A model generated the notes under the pieces. It searched no databases. It had not been told where the DNA came from and saw only the letters and a program-made list of their open reading frames with translations. Positions 19,327 to 29,522 of a DNA stretch of 35,134 bases are shown here, one piece after another; the first letter of the stretch is position 1, and each line of letters starts with the position of its first letter. Source of the DNA: Candidatus Psychracetigena formicireducens (GTDB lineage: Bacteria; Coprothermobacterota; HKB111); the NCBI GenBank assembly GCA_018725125.1, contig QLTW01000003.1, positions 1-35,134 on the forward strand, written 5' to 3'. Position numbers and translations under genes: made by a program.

Positions 19327-20237
19327 TTTAACCTCCTGATGAGATTAACTACCGAGTAAACTTTTGTACCTACACCCACACGGCTGTCAATCTGAAAAAT
19401 ATCAGAATTTCTCTTTATATTTGGCAACCCCATTCCTGCACCAAAACCCATTTCTCTTATATAGTCCGGCGCAGTAGTAAACCCTTCTTGCATAGCTAAA
19501 CTCACATCAGATATTCCTGGTCCCTTATCCTCAGCAGTCACCTCAATTTTTTCGGAGTTTATTTTAACCTGCAAAAAACCTTTATCAGCATGGATTATAA
19601 TATTCATTTCAGCTTCATAAGCTATTATACCTGTCCTCCTTAAATCTTTAGGGTCAATGGATAATTGTTGCAGGGATTTCCGCATCTGCAGGGAAGCATT
19701 CCCGGCATGAACAAAATCCCTTCCTAAAACCTGGTAAGTATAGCTTATTACTCCTTCTGATGGAATAGTTTTTTTAACAACCATGCTCGTGTCCAGAGCT
19801 TCCTGTAAAAACGCAAATAATGACCACCAATACACTACCCCTATAACTTTAAACTCCTCATCAACCACAGGAAGCCGCCCATATTTAAAGCGGTTCATTT
19901 CTCTAAGAGCTTCAATGAGAGTTTTACTTAGAATTAAGCATTTTACCGGTGTAGTCATATATTTACTTACCGGAGCTTCCAGGTCTTTATTCTCAATGCA
20001 GATAATCAGGTCACTAATAGAAATAATACCTAAAAGATGACCTTCATCGTCAGTTACTGGAACCCCATCAAGTCTTCTAATTCTCATTAACTCTTTGATA
20101 TGTCTCATCTGCCAATAGGGAGTGACCTGTGGAATATTCCTTACCATCACTTTTTCTACAGAATAAGAAAGAATATCTGGTCCTAACTTATTAGTTACTT
20201 CTGAGTCCATGGTCATATAAAATTCCGCAGGTTTCAA
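19323..20237 (-). CDS. CBS-pair + RsbT/anti-sigma-type HATPase (Ser/Thr kinase-like) fusion
   Basis: Two CBS repeats (GVPVTD...GIIS; RLPVVD...GVV), then YEAEMNIIIHA, DKGPGI, GFGAGMGLPNI; start may be ATG 20216 or 20210. Confidence 0.88.
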   Translation of the reverse strand: MKPAEFYMTMDSEVTNKLGPDILSYSVEKVMVRNIPQVTPYWQMRHIKELMRIRRLDGVPVTDDEGHLLGIISISDLIICIENKDLEAPVSKYMTTPVKCLILSKTLIEALREMNRFKYGRLPVVDEEFKVIGVVYWWSLFAFLQEALDTSMVVKKTIPSEGVISYTYQVLGRDFVHAGNASLQMRKSLQQLSIDPKDLRRTGIIAYEAEMNIIIHADKGFLQVKINSEKIEVTAEDKGPGISDVSLAMQEGFTTAPDYIREMGFGAGMGLPNIKRNSDIFQIDSRVGVGTKVYSVVNLIRRLK

Positions 20238-20532
20238 ACAACGATAGATCAGTGGATACTATAGGAATATCTAACTCCTCTGCAAGATTCAGGATGGTAT
20301 CATCGGTCTTTTTTCCACTTACAATTATTATTCCTACCATCCCAACCATTTCTGCTGTTCTCACAATCTGGGGCGTAGCTAAAGAGGTTATCAGAAGGGC
20401 TTCTTCGGTGGGAGAAGCGAGAACATCTGACATTAAATCAGCTGCCCAGGCTTTATCTATTTCTATACTTTCCAGATGCTGGCAAACACAAATTCTACCC
20501 TTAATCAGGTTAACAATGTAATTAAGTTTCAC
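20191..20532 (-). CDS. DRTGG-domain protein
   Basis: AADLMSDVLA, QIVRTAEM, FETCGILY. Confidence 0.85.
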   Translation of the reverse strand: MKLNYIVNLIKGRICVCQHLESIEIDKAWAADLMSDVLASPTEEALLITSLATPQIVRTAEMVGMVGIIIVSGKKTDDTILNLAEELDIPIVSTDLSLFETCGILYDHGLRSN

Positions 20533-23164
20533 ATCCTTCTCCTTGAAGATAATTTATGATTTGGTCAATTTTCGCTATTTGTTTATGATACTCTTGCTCT
20601 CTATGCTTAAATTCTTCAATGGTAGCTGGTGAAGCTTTTTCCCTGAATAGAGGATTCCTGAGATAATTTTGGACCCTTTCCAACTCAGTGGATAATTCAA
20701 CCAGACTTCCTTTAAGTTTTATAATTTCTTCTTCAATCTCTACTAAACCTTTCAAGTTGACAAATATTGTAGTTCCCCTGACTACTTGAATAGCTGAACT
20801 TTTAGGCCAGGTTTCCAGGTCATAGGCGATGTTCAAATCTCCAATATCTACCATATTTTTGATATAGTTAGCACCTTCAACTAATGATTGATATTCAAAG
20901 GCATCTGAGGGATGAATAACCACTTTTATGGGGCGTGTGGGTTTAATTTTGAATAAACTACGAATGTTCCTTATTGAAGAAATAATACCAAAGATGTAAT
21001 TTGTTTTTTCCAGAGCTAATTTACATTCAGGAAAATCAACTTTACTAACCCACTCCTGGATTATCAAAGGCTGTAAATTATCCCGATTAAGATTACACCA
21101 GAGCTCTTCGGTAATAAATGGAATAACTGGATGCAATAGAATTAAGATGTTTTTCAAAACATAATATAGGGTAAACAGGGTTCCCTGGCTATCTTTCTTG
21201 AATTTGGATATTTCCAGGTACCAATCACAATAATCCTTCCAGAAGAACTCTTCAATTGCTTTTACATATCCCGCCATATCATAAGAATCAAATTTATCGT
21301 TAATCTCTTTAACTAATTCAGATAAACGCGATAGGATGTACCTGTCAAACAGGTCTAAATCAGTCTCTTCAGGTATTTTTTCAAACTTATTCTCCCCGAG
21401 GGTATGAATAACATAGCGAGAAGCATTCCACAGTTTGTTCATGAAATTCCTGCTATGTAGGAGTAACGGTTTAGTTAAAGTGATATCCTGACCTCCGAGG
21501 GTGCTTAAAGATGTTAGGGTAAACCTGAGGGCATCGGTACCAAAATCTTTTATCAAATCAAGGGGATCAAGAACATTTTTCAGAGATTTAGACATTTTTC
21601 TGCCTTTCTCATCTCTCACTAAACCATGTATTAAAACATTTTTAAATGGTGGTTTACCGGTTAACTCTAATCCTGCCATGATCATCCGGGAAACCCAAAA
21701 GGTCAGTATGTCATAACCTGTGACTAAAACTGAAGTGGGATAGAAATATTGTAAATCCGGGGTTGAATCAGGCCAACCAAAAACTGAAAAGGGCCATAAA
21801 GCAGAACTAAACCAGGTATCCAGAACATCTTCAACTTCTTCAAAGTTCTCAGAGGAACAATGACTGCATTTTTCAGGTGTTTCCCGGGAAACGATAACTT
21901 CTCCGCAAGACTGACAAATCCAGGCTGGAATGCGGTGTCCCCACCAGAGTTGCCTGGAAATACACCAATCTTGGAGATTTTCCATCCAATCCAGATACAC
22001 TGCAGACCATCTCTCTGGAGTGAAGATAATTTCTCCACTTTTTACTTTCTCAATAGCTGCTTTTTTAATTTCTTGGACACCTAAAAACCATTGCACAGAC
22101 AGCAATGGTTCTATTATAGTATGGCACCTACTGCATCTTCCCGGAGAATATCTGTAAGACTCAGTTTTTACCAATCTATTTTCCAGGTTAAGTTTTTTTA
22201 GCATTAATTCCCGGGCTTCCAATACTGATAAGCCAGCAAAGTCACTACCAGATTCTTCAGCCATAAAACCATGTTCGTTAATAACTCTTATGAGGGGAAG
22301 ATTATGCCGTTTTCCGATTTCATAGTCGAGAAAATCGTGACCTGGGGTTACTTTTACCACCCCAGAACCAAATTCTGGGTCAACCAGAGTGTCAGCAATA
22401 ATAGGCAAATTTCTACCAACAACGGGCAAAATAGCTACTTTTCCAACAACTGATTTATACCTCAAATCATCTGGATGAACCGCTAAAGCAACATCCCCCG
22501 GCATAGTTTCTGGCCTGGAGGTTACTATTTCTAGGTCACCACCCTGTTCAAGTTCATAAGTTATATGGTAAAGTTTTCCTTCTACCTCTTCCCTCTCTAC
22601 TTCAATATCAGAAATTGCGGTATGACAGTGCGGACATAAATTGACCAGGTATTCGCCTCGATAAATATAACCTTTTTCATACATGCGAACAAAAAACTCA
22701 GTTACTGCACGAGAGCAAATGTTGTCAAGGGTGAATCTTTCTCTGTTCCAGTCACAGGAAGCCCCCATTTTTTTTATCTGAGAGGTAATAACCCAATGAT
22801 ATTTTTCCTTCCACTCCCACATATACTTCTGAAATTCCTGTTTACCTATTCTGGATCTCTCTATACCCAGTTTACTAAGCTCTTCTTCCACCACATTTTG
22901 CGCAGCAATCCCTGCATGGTCGGTTCCCGGTACCCATAATGTAGGAATTTTTTGCATACGATTAATCCTGACTAAAATATCCTGCAATGTTACATCAAGA
23001 GCATGTCCTATATGAAGAGAGCCGGTAACATTGGGAGGGGGTAAAACAATAACAAAAGGAGGTGAACCAGCAAATGTTTGTGGTGTAAAATAACCTTTCT
23101 CCTCCCAGAATCGGTACCACTTCTCTTCTACTTCTTCCGGGTTATATCTGGTAGATAAGTTCAA
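20522..23164 (-). CDS. valS: valine--tRNA ligase
   Basis: PPPNVTGSLHIGH, WCISRQLWWGH, KMSKS, C-terminal coiled coil. Confidence 0.98.
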   Translation of the reverse strand: MNLSTRYNPEEVEEKWYRFWEEKGYFTPQTFAGSPPFVIVLPPPNVTGSLHIGHALDVTLQDILVRINRMQKIPTLWVPGTDHAGIAAQNVVEEELSKLGIERSRIGKQEFQKYMWEWKEKYHWVITSQIKKMGASCDWNRERFTLDNICSRAVTEFFVRMYEKGYIYRGEYLVNLCPHCHTAISDIEVEREEVEGKLYHITYELEQGGDLEIVTSRPETMPGDVALAVHPDDLRYKSVVGKVAILPVVGRNLPIIADTLVDPEFGSGVVKVTPGHDFLDYEIGKRHNLPLIRVINEHGFMAEESGSDFAGLSVLEARELMLKKLNLENRLVKTESYRYSPGRCSRCHTIIEPLLSVQWFLGVQEIKKAAIEKVKSGEIIFTPERWSAVYLDWMENLQDWCISRQLWWGHRIPAWICQSCGEVIVSRETPEKCSHCSSENFEEVEDVLDTWFSSALWPFSVFGWPDSTPDLQYFYPTSVLVTGYDILTFWVSRMIMAGLELTGKPPFKNVLIHGLVRDEKGRKMSKSLKNVLDPLDLIKDFGTDALRFTLTSLSTLGGQDITLTKPLLLHSRNFMNKLWNASRYVIHTLGENKFEKIPEETDLDLFDRYILSRLSELVKEINDKFDSYDMAGYVKAIEEFFWKDYCDWYLEISKFKKDSQGTLFTLYYVLKNILILLHPVIPFITEELWCNLNRDNLQPLIIQEWVSKVDFPECKLALEKTNYIFGIISSIRNIRSLFKIKPTRPIKVVIHPSDAFEYQSLVEGANYIKNMVDIGDLNIAYDLETWPKSSAIQVVRGTTIFVNLKGLVEIEEEIIKLKGSLVELSTELERVQNYLRNPLFREKASPATIEEFKHREQEYHKQIAKIDQIINYLQGEGCET

Positions 23165-23216
23165 TTCATTTACCTCATTAAAAATTAAATTACATCTAAT
23201 AAATATACCTTATTAT

Positions 23217-23870
23217 TTATTTTCCTGCAATAGCTTGCAGTATTTCCCAATACATTTTCAAGTGAGATAAAAACCCTCTCCAAAATCCCAATTTTTCTGT
23301 CTTCATAACCTGGGAAACACCATATAAATATACCTTTTTTTCTTTGAGACCCATCTTTCTAATATTTTTATAAATCAAGGGCTCAATAGCATAACCTTTT
23401 CCTTGCAATGAATCTTTCATTAAAAAAAAGGTTTCTCTTTTTATTGCTCGTTGGGAATTTAGGGCTGGGGTTAAGGCTTGAGTAAAGTCGGTGATTAATC
23501 TTCCGCCTTTAAACACTCCAATAGATGTATCAACCTCTCCAGTAAAGACAGGAGTTAAAAGGGAGTCAAGGTGGTGTGGTTTAAGATTAGTTATATCTGC
23601 ATCAATAAATAGTAATACTTCATAACTTGAAAGCTTTGCACCGGTAATCAAAGCGTTACTTTTACCTGAATTTTTTTTAAACTCAACCAGATAATCAGTA
23701 TTATTGATAGCTGATTCAGATGTCATATCTGTTGACCCATCATTAATTACTATTATTTCCCCAACTAACTCAGATTGGATTACCGCTTGGATAACCTGTC
23801 CTATTCTGGGTTCTTCGTTATAAGCAGGAATAATTACTGAAGCTTTTTTTTCAAAAAACTGCTCAACCAT
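23217..23870 (-). CDS. glycosyltransferase family 2
   Basis: IIPAYNEE, INDGSTD, FIDAD. Confidence 0.9.
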   Translation of the reverse strand: MVEQFFEKKASVIIPAYNEEPRIGQVIQAVIQSELVGEIIVINDGSTDMTSESAINNTDYLVEFKKNSGKSNALITGAKLSSYEVLLFIDADITNLKPHHLDSLLTPVFTGEVDTSIGVFKGGRLITDFTQALTPALNSQRAIKRETFFLMKDSLQGKGYAIEPLIYKNIRKMGLKEKKVYLYGVSQVMKTEKLGFWRGFLSHLKMYWEILQAIAGK

Positions 23871-24880
23871 TTTAGGGTTTCGTCCTGAGTTTTAATCCCC
23901 TGAAAAACACCTTTAAGAGAAACTACTATTCCCTCAGGGGAACCATATAGCCCTATATCAGCACCTTTTGCCTCACCAGGTCCATTAATCTCGCACCCCA
24001 TAACAGCTAAGGTGTAATTTTCCCCTAAATCGCCTATCAGCTCATTTACGAGGGTTGCCAGTTTTAATACATCAATTCTCGTTCGGCTACAACCCGGACA
24101 GGAAATTAGATTTAACCCTTTTACCTGCTTTGTTATATTATTAAGTATTGCTTTCGCAACTTTCACTTCTTTGACAGGTCCATCAGTAAGAGACACTCTT
24201 ATGGTGTTACCAATCCCCTTAAATAACAAATTACCGATACTTATTGATGATTTGACAATACCAGATAAACCTAATCCTGCTTCAGTTAACCCTATATGCA
24301 GAGGGTAATCTGTCATAGAGGAGATTTTTTCATTAATGATAATATTGCTTTCCACATGAGAATCTTTAGCAGAAATCATTAGGTTTTTCTGGCCAGAGGT
24401 TTCAAAAATATCCAGGGTTTTCATTAATTCCTGTTCAATTATTGGTATTACCTCAATATTTCTAAGAACAAGGGAACCAGTATTTAACCCAACTCTGATA
24501 GCTACATTATAATCAACCGAAGCAAGGGCGATATTTTGTAACCCTTTAGCAGAAGTGTTGCCGGGGTTAACCCGTATCATAGAAAAACCTTTTTGAGCAG
24601 ATAATACACCCAATTGGTAATCTTTGTGAATATCAGCTATGACTGGAAGAGAAATATTATTTTTAATAACTCCAAAAGCCTCAGCCTCTTCAGAACACCT
24701 AACTGCAACCCTCAGGATGTCTGCTCCTGCTTGCTCTATTTCAGCGTACTCCTGTAAAAATTCATTTTTTTTTAGAAGACTAACACGAGACATAGTTTCA
24801 ATTAAAACTGGAAAATTACCTCCAATTATCAAATTTCCTAATTTAATAGTACGGGTGTATTTTTCTGGTATAAATATCAA
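23834..24880 (-). CDS. ispG: HMBPP synthase (MEP pathway)
   Basis: ADIH, RVNPGN, PLHIGLTEAG, IRVSLT, CPGCSR, MGCEINGPGEA. Confidence 0.95.
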   Translation of the reverse strand: MIFIPEKYTRTIKLGNLIIGGNFPVLIETMSRVSLLKKNEFLQEYAEIEQAGADILRVAVRCSEEAEAFGVIKNNISLPVIADIHKDYQLGVLSAQKGFSMIRVNPGNTSAKGLQNIALASVDYNVAIRVGLNTGSLVLRNIEVIPIIEQELMKTLDIFETSGQKNLMISAKDSHVESNIIINEKISSMTDYPLHIGLTEAGLGLSGIVKSSISIGNLLFKGIGNTIRVSLTDGPVKEVKVAKAILNNITKQVKGLNLISCPGCSRTRIDVLKLATLVNELIGDLGENYTLAVMGCEINGPGEAKGADIGLYGSPEGIVVSLKGVFQGIKTQDETLKWLSSFLKKKLQ

Positions 24881-25872
24881 AACAGATCCCTGATTTCTCT
24901 AAAAGAGAGAAGAATCAGGAATAACATTAAAAGAGCAAAACCGATGAAGTTTATTAAACCAAGGATCTTAGCCTGAGGTCTTTTCTTAAAAATCATCTCA
25001 TATATAAGAACAATTGCATGGCCTCCGTCCAGGGCTGGTATGGGAAGGAGGTTAACCGTTGCCAGGTTTGCGCTTAATAAAGCCGTGATAAAAAGCAAAT
25101 ATAAAATTCCTGCTCCATAGGCCCGGCTAACAACCTGGGCAACCCCAACTGGTCCAATAAGATCCAGCGCCCTTTCCCCAATAACAAAGAAGAATATTGC
25201 CTGAATAATAGATATGGAAGCAGAAAAAGTTCTGATAACACCATAGTAAAGTGAGTGTAAAATAGGAGTTCTGGCAAACTCAGGGAAAACCCCGATAATT
25301 CCCACTCCTCTCCCTTTATCCAACTCAGGCACTACCGGTATTTCTAATCTCTGGGAATTTCTGATTATTGATAAGGTTATCTCTTTCTGCGGGTTGTTAT
25401 TAATAACTGACACCAGTTCTTCCCATTTTTTTATTTCAATACCATTCACAGCAACTACTCTATCACCTATTTTTATACCCACAGCTTCTGCTGGAAGTCC
25501 AGGAACTAAACCTCTTATGGTGGTAGTAGGCTGAGCTGGATCACCAGACATTAGTATTATAGTAAAAAGAATTATAGAAAGAATAAGGTTCATGGCTGAA
25601 CCCCCAAGCAGTACCTTAAGTCTGGAAAATGGTGACCCAAAAATAGTACCACTTTCCTCTTCAAAAAGACCGGTAACTTTTACATAACCACCGAAAGGAA
25701 TAATGCCAATAGAAAACATAGTTTCTTTATATTTAAAGTTATAAATAGAAGGTCCAAAACCAATAGAAAATTTTTCTACCTTAAAACCCTCTCTTTTAGC
25801 CATCAGAAAATGTCCAAATTCATGTATTCCCACTAAAACACCAAACACTAAAAGCACTACGAGAATATTCAT
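24877..25872 (-). CDS. rseP: RIP metalloprotease (M50) with PDZ domain
   Basis: HEFGH, FSIGFGP, NLLPIPALDGGH. Confidence 0.95.
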   Translation of the reverse strand: MNILVVLLVFGVLVGIHEFGHFLMAKREGFKVEKFSIGFGPSIYNFKYKETMFSIGIIPFGGYVKVTGLFEEESGTIFGSPFSRLKVLLGGSAMNLILSIILFTIILMSGDPAQPTTTIRGLVPGLPAEAVGIKIGDRVVAVNGIEIKKWEELVSVINNNPQKEITLSIIRNSQRLEIPVVPELDKGRGVGIIGVFPEFARTPILHSLYYGVIRTFSASISIIQAIFFFVIGERALDLIGPVGVAQVVSRAYGAGILYLLFITALLSANLATVNLLPIPALDGGHAIVLIYEMIFKKRPQAKILGLINFIGFALLMLFLILLSFREIRDLF

Positions 25873-25875
25873 GGG

Positions 25876-26676
25876 TTAAAAGAATTTACCTCCAAAAATA
25901 TAAACTAAATAGAACCCCAAGAAAACAAAACAAAGACTATCAATACGGTCAAGGAATCCTCCATGTCCGGGAAGTAAAGCAGAAGAGTCTTTAACCCCAT
26001 AAGCCCTTTTGATAAATGATTCACTTAAATCACCCAGGGTTGCTAAAAGAGCAGCTATTAAAGCCAGTGATAGTTTCAGGGCAAGACTATTGAATCCAAG
26101 ATAAGGACTTATTACAAAAGATGAAACTATGACCGTGGCTAATCCTCCTAAGAATCCCTCCCAACTCTTTTTCGGGGATACCCGGGGCATAAAAGCATGT
26201 TTTCCAAAAGATTTACCGATAAAATAGGAGCCTGAGTCAAAAATCCAGGTCAACAGAAACGCTAATATCGCCCAACTCGGATTACTGATCTTTAACAATA
26301 GAATGAAAGGTAGAAGAAAGCCGAGATAGATCATTCCCACTAACAGGCGGTTTAAAACTCTTCTGCCTCTTTCAGGCTCTACCAGTATAAATAAAGAAAC
26401 TAAGGTAATTACTGAGGTAATCGCCCAAAAAAATGGTAAGAAGTGGAACTGTTGAGTTAAAAATAGGTAAAGGTTGACAACAAACATCACCCAACCACCA
26501 AGAGCCAGAAGAATCGGGGTATCAAAATTCTTCATGGTTATAATTTCCCACCAAGATAAGGTCATAATAAATATAATTAAATAAAAGAAGGGGTATGGGT
26601 TAGGAATCCAGGTAGTATAAAGTACTATGGGCGCTAATATTAATGCTGTTATAGTTCTTTTACTTAATTCGCTCAA
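25876..26676 (-). CDS. cdsA: phosphatidate cytidylyltransferase
   Basis: SPKKSWEG, GDLSESFIKR, KDSSALLPGHGGFLDRIDS. Confidence 0.96.
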   Translation of the reverse strand: MSELSKRTITALILAPIVLYTTWIPNPYPFFYLIIFIMTLSWWEIITMKNFDTPILLALGGWVMFVVNLYLFLTQQFHFLPFFWAITSVITLVSLFILVEPERGRRVLNRLLVGMIYLGFLLPFILLLKISNPSWAILAFLLTWIFDSGSYFIGKSFGKHAFMPRVSPKKSWEGFLGGLATVIVSSFVISPYLGFNSLALKLSLALIAALLATLGDLSESFIKRAYGVKDSSALLPGHGGFLDRIDSLCFVFLGFYLVYIFGGKFF

Positions 26677-27242
26677 TGCACTTCCATTATTTCTTTTTCT
26701 TTAGCCTTGATCAATTCATCAACCATTATTATGAATTTATCGGTTGTTTTTTGTATCTTCTCCTGAATTTTATGCATAGTGTCTTCTGATATAAGGTCGT
26801 CGTTTTCAGCTCTTTTAATATGTTCGTTCTGTTCTCTTCTGATTGAACGAATAACTACTTTGCACTCTTCTCCGTGTTTATGCATATTTTTTACTAATTC
26901 TTTACGCCGATCTTCGGAAAGTGGAGGAAATACCAGGCGTATGTTAGTACCATCATTGGAAGGAGTTATCCCCAGATCAGATTTAAAGATTGCTTTTTCA
27001 ACATCTTTAAGTATATTTTTATCCCAGGGTTGGATTAATAAAGTTCGGGCATCAGGAATAGTTACCTGACATACCTGGGTTATAGGAGTAGGAGTATCAT
27101 AGTAGATAATTGAAATTTTTTCTAAAATACGAGAATTAACACGCCCTGTTCTAATGAGAGAGAAGTCTTCTTTTAATTTAGCAATTGCTTTATTCATAAG
27201 CTTTTCGGTTTGGTCAAGAGTTTCTTTCTCCACAAACATCAC
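26673..27242 (-). CDS. frr: ribosome recycling factor
   Basis: IRTGR, IQPWD, LGITPSNDG, RRKELVK. Confidence 0.97.
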   Translation of the reverse strand: MMFVEKETLDQTEKLMNKAIAKLKEDFSLIRTGRVNSRILEKISIIYYDTPTPITQVCQVTIPDARTLLIQPWDKNILKDVEKAIFKSDLGITPSNDGTNIRLVFPPLSEDRRKELVKNMHKHGEECKVVIRSIRREQNEHIKRAENDDLISEDTMHKIQEKIQKTTDKFIIMVDELIKAKEKEIMEVH

Positions 27243-27247
27243 CTCGT

Positions 27248-27976
27248 TTATTTTATGCTGGTACCTATTTTTTCTCCTAACACTACTTTAATAATATTTC
27301 CCGGATCATCACCATTAAAAACAATCATCTTCATTTTATGTTCTCGAGATAAGGAAACTGCAGTGGAGTCCATAGCCCCTAACATTTTCATCAAGACATC
27401 GTTGTAAGAAATTTCATCATATTTTATGGCCAAGGTTTCTTTATTAGGGTCAACATCATAAATTCCATCAACCTTATTTTTAGCCATTAGCAAAGCTTCT
27501 GCTCCAATTTCTACAGCCCTTAAAGCAGCAGCGGTATCGGTGGTAAAAAAGGGATTACCTGTTCCAGCGGCAAAAATAACTACCCTTCCCTTTTCCAGGT
27601 GCCTTATCGCTCTTCGTAAAATGAAAGGTTCTGCCACCTCACGCATTTCTATAGCCGATAAAACTCTGGTTTGAATCCCCTTGCTTTCAAGGACTCCTTG
27701 AAAAGCAAGAGCATTGATTACCGTTGCCAGCATCCCCATGTAATCGGAAACAGATCTGTTAATACCCATAACATTGCCTTCCAGACCTCGCCATAGGTTA
27801 CCACCCCCTACGATTACCCCTACTTGTACTCCCATCAACACAATTTCCTTCACTGCATCCGCAACAGCAACTACTGTTTCAAAATGGATACCCTGCATTC
27901 CAGGTCCAGAAAAAGCTCCACCACTTAGTTTAAGAGCTATCCTTTTATAAAGTGGCTTCCTGGAAGAACTTGACAT
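27248..27976 (-). CDS. pyrH: UMP kinase
   Basis: LKLSG, GGGNLWRG, GTGNPFFTTD. Confidence 0.97.
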   Translation of the reverse strand: MSSSSRKPLYKRIALKLSGGAFSGPGMQGIHFETVVAVADAVKEIVLMGVQVGVIVGGGNLWRGLEGNVMGINRSVSDYMGMLATVINALAFQGVLESKGIQTRVLSAIEMREVAEPFILRRAIRHLEKGRVVIFAAGTGNPFFTTDTAAALRAVEIGAEALLMAKNKVDGIYDVDPNKETLAIKYDEISYNDVLMKMLGAMDSTAVSLSREHKMKMIVFNGDDPGNIIKVVLGEKIGTSIK

Positions 27977-27978
27977 TA

Positions 27979-28575
27979 TTAATCCTCGTTAACCTTCATA
28001 CGAATGAATTTTCTTATAGTTACATTCTCACCGGTTTTAGTAATAACATCCTTTATTAAATCCAGCACTTTTTTTGTACTATCTTTAACATAGGGTTGCT
28101 CTAAAAGACAGATATTTTTAAAATAATCTTCCAGTTTTCCTAAAGCAATTTTTTCAATCACCTGAGCTGGTTTACCGCTTGCACGAGCCTGAGTTTCAAA
28201 TATTTCTTTTTCTTTTTTAACTTCTTCAACCGGAACATCATCCCTGGAAATATAAACAGGGTTCATGGCAGTAATCTGCAAAGATATTTCTTTAGCTAAA
28301 CTCCTGAACTCATCAGTACGAGCTACAAAGTCTGTCTCGCAATTCAATTCTAACATAACCCCTACTTGCTTATCATGATGAATATAAGCTTCAATAATAC
28401 CCGATTTGGTTTCTCTGGCCATTTTTTTTAGCGCTTGTGTAAGACCTTTCTGTTTTAGCAATTCACAAGCTTTATCAAGATTTCCTTCTGTCTCAATTAA
28501 AGCTTTTTTACAATCTAAAAAACCTGCTCCAGTAATGTCTCTTAATTGTTTTACCATCTCTGCATCCAGACTCAT
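27979..28575 (-). CDS. tsf: elongation factor Ts (short, ~200-aa type)
   Basis: [26 protein letters not shown]. Confidence 0.97.
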   Translation of the reverse strand: MSLDAEMVKQLRDITGAGFLDCKKALIETEGNLDKACELLKQKGLTQALKKMARETKSGIIEAYIHHDKQVGVMLELNCETDFVARTDEFRSLAKEISLQITAMNPVYISRDDVPVEEVKKEKEIFETQARASGKPAQVIEKIALGKLEDYFKNICLLEQPYVKDSTKKVLDLIKDVITKTGENVTIRKFIRMKVNED

Positions 28576-29381
28576 AACGAGTAATCCTCCTTTAAAAATG
28601 TTAGTTCTTCTTCTTCACCATAAAAGGAGGCGTCTTTCAAAATCGTAATTTCTTCCAAGGATTCTTCATCTACTACACCTTCGGTTGATTCCAACTGAAC
28701 GCCTTGCCTTCCTTCAATAACCGCGTCAGCTATGAGTCCTAAAACCAGTCTGATTGCCCTGATAGCATCATCATTGCCCGGTATGGGAAAATCTATACCA
28801 TCAGGATCACAATTGGTATCTACCAAAGCAATAACAGGAATTCCCAATTTTTTGGCTTCTTTTATTGCATTCTCTTCCTTTTTAACATCAATTACTACTA
28901 AAACCTGAGGAACTTCAATCATAGAGACGATACCGTTAAGATTTTTTTCTAACTTGTCAAGCTCTTTAAGAGATGTCTGGCGATCTTTAACATGAAGTTT
29001 AACAATCTCTCCATTACTAACCATTTCTCTTAGAGATTTCAACCTGTTTATCCTTAGTTTGATGGTTGAAAAATTTGTCAGGAGTCCACCCAGCCACCTT
29101 TCGTTCACAAAAAGCATTCCGCATCTTTTAGCTTCATCAACTATAGACCCTTGCGCTTGCCTTTTAGTACCAACGAAAAGAACATTTCCGCCCTGGGCTG
29201 AAACCGATTTGACAAATGCATAAGCCTCTTCTATTTTTTTTCGGGTGATCTGCAGATCTACAATATGAATACCGTTTCTTTCTAAAAAAATAAACCTTTT
29301 CATTTTAGGGTTCCATCTCCTGGTCTGATGCCCGAAATGAACCCCAGCTTCTAATAACTGTTTAAGTGTAACAACTTGCAA
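28572..29381 (-). CDS. rpsB: 30S ribosomal protein S2
   Basis: [29 protein letters not shown]; start placed at TTG 29381 behind AGGAGGTG. Confidence 0.97.
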   Translation of the reverse strand: MQVVTLKQLLEAGVHFGHQTRRWNPKMKRFIFLERNGIHIVDLQITRKKIEEAYAFVKSVSAQGGNVLFVGTKRQAQGSIVDEAKRCGMLFVNERWLGGLLTNFSTIKLRINRLKSLREMVSNGEIVKLHVKDRQTSLKELDKLEKNLNGIVSMIEVPQVLVVIDVKKEENAIKEAKKLGIPVIALVDTNCDPDGIDFPIPGNDDAIRAIRLVLGLIADAVIEGRQGVQLESTEGVVDEESLEEITILKDASFYGEEEELTFLKEDYSL

Positions 29382-29400
29382 AAAAACACCTCCTGGTTTT

Positions 29401-29473
29401 TCCTCCACTTTTTTCATCTTCTCCTGTCGCAGAATAAAATACCTGACCTGACAGGAAAATCTAAAAGTGTGCG
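29401..29473 (-). ncRNA. rpsB (S2) autoregulatory leader, t44-like
   Basis: CACAC...GTGGAGG ends with nested stems CACTTTT/AAAAGTG and TCCTGTC/GACAGGA immediately upstream of the rpsB SD. Confidence 0.7.
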
Positions 29474-29495
29474 GTTTTAAAAAATTTATCTTATT

Positions 29496-29506
29496 AGTAT
29501 ACCACA
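29496..29506 (-). promoter_or_regulatory. extended -10 promoter of rpsB
   Basis: TGTGGTATACT, resembling the conserved TGTG-extended rpsB promoter. Confidence 0.65.
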
Positions 29507-29522
29507 AATAATTTGAATTCTG

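Noticed and set aside
23165-23216. T-box leader for valS
   Set aside because: Only 52 nt of intergenic space and no T-box consensus
29382-29507. 42-aa N-terminal extension of RpsB in the ORF track
   Set aside because: The region is the promoter and S2 leader; a strong SD precedes TTG 29381
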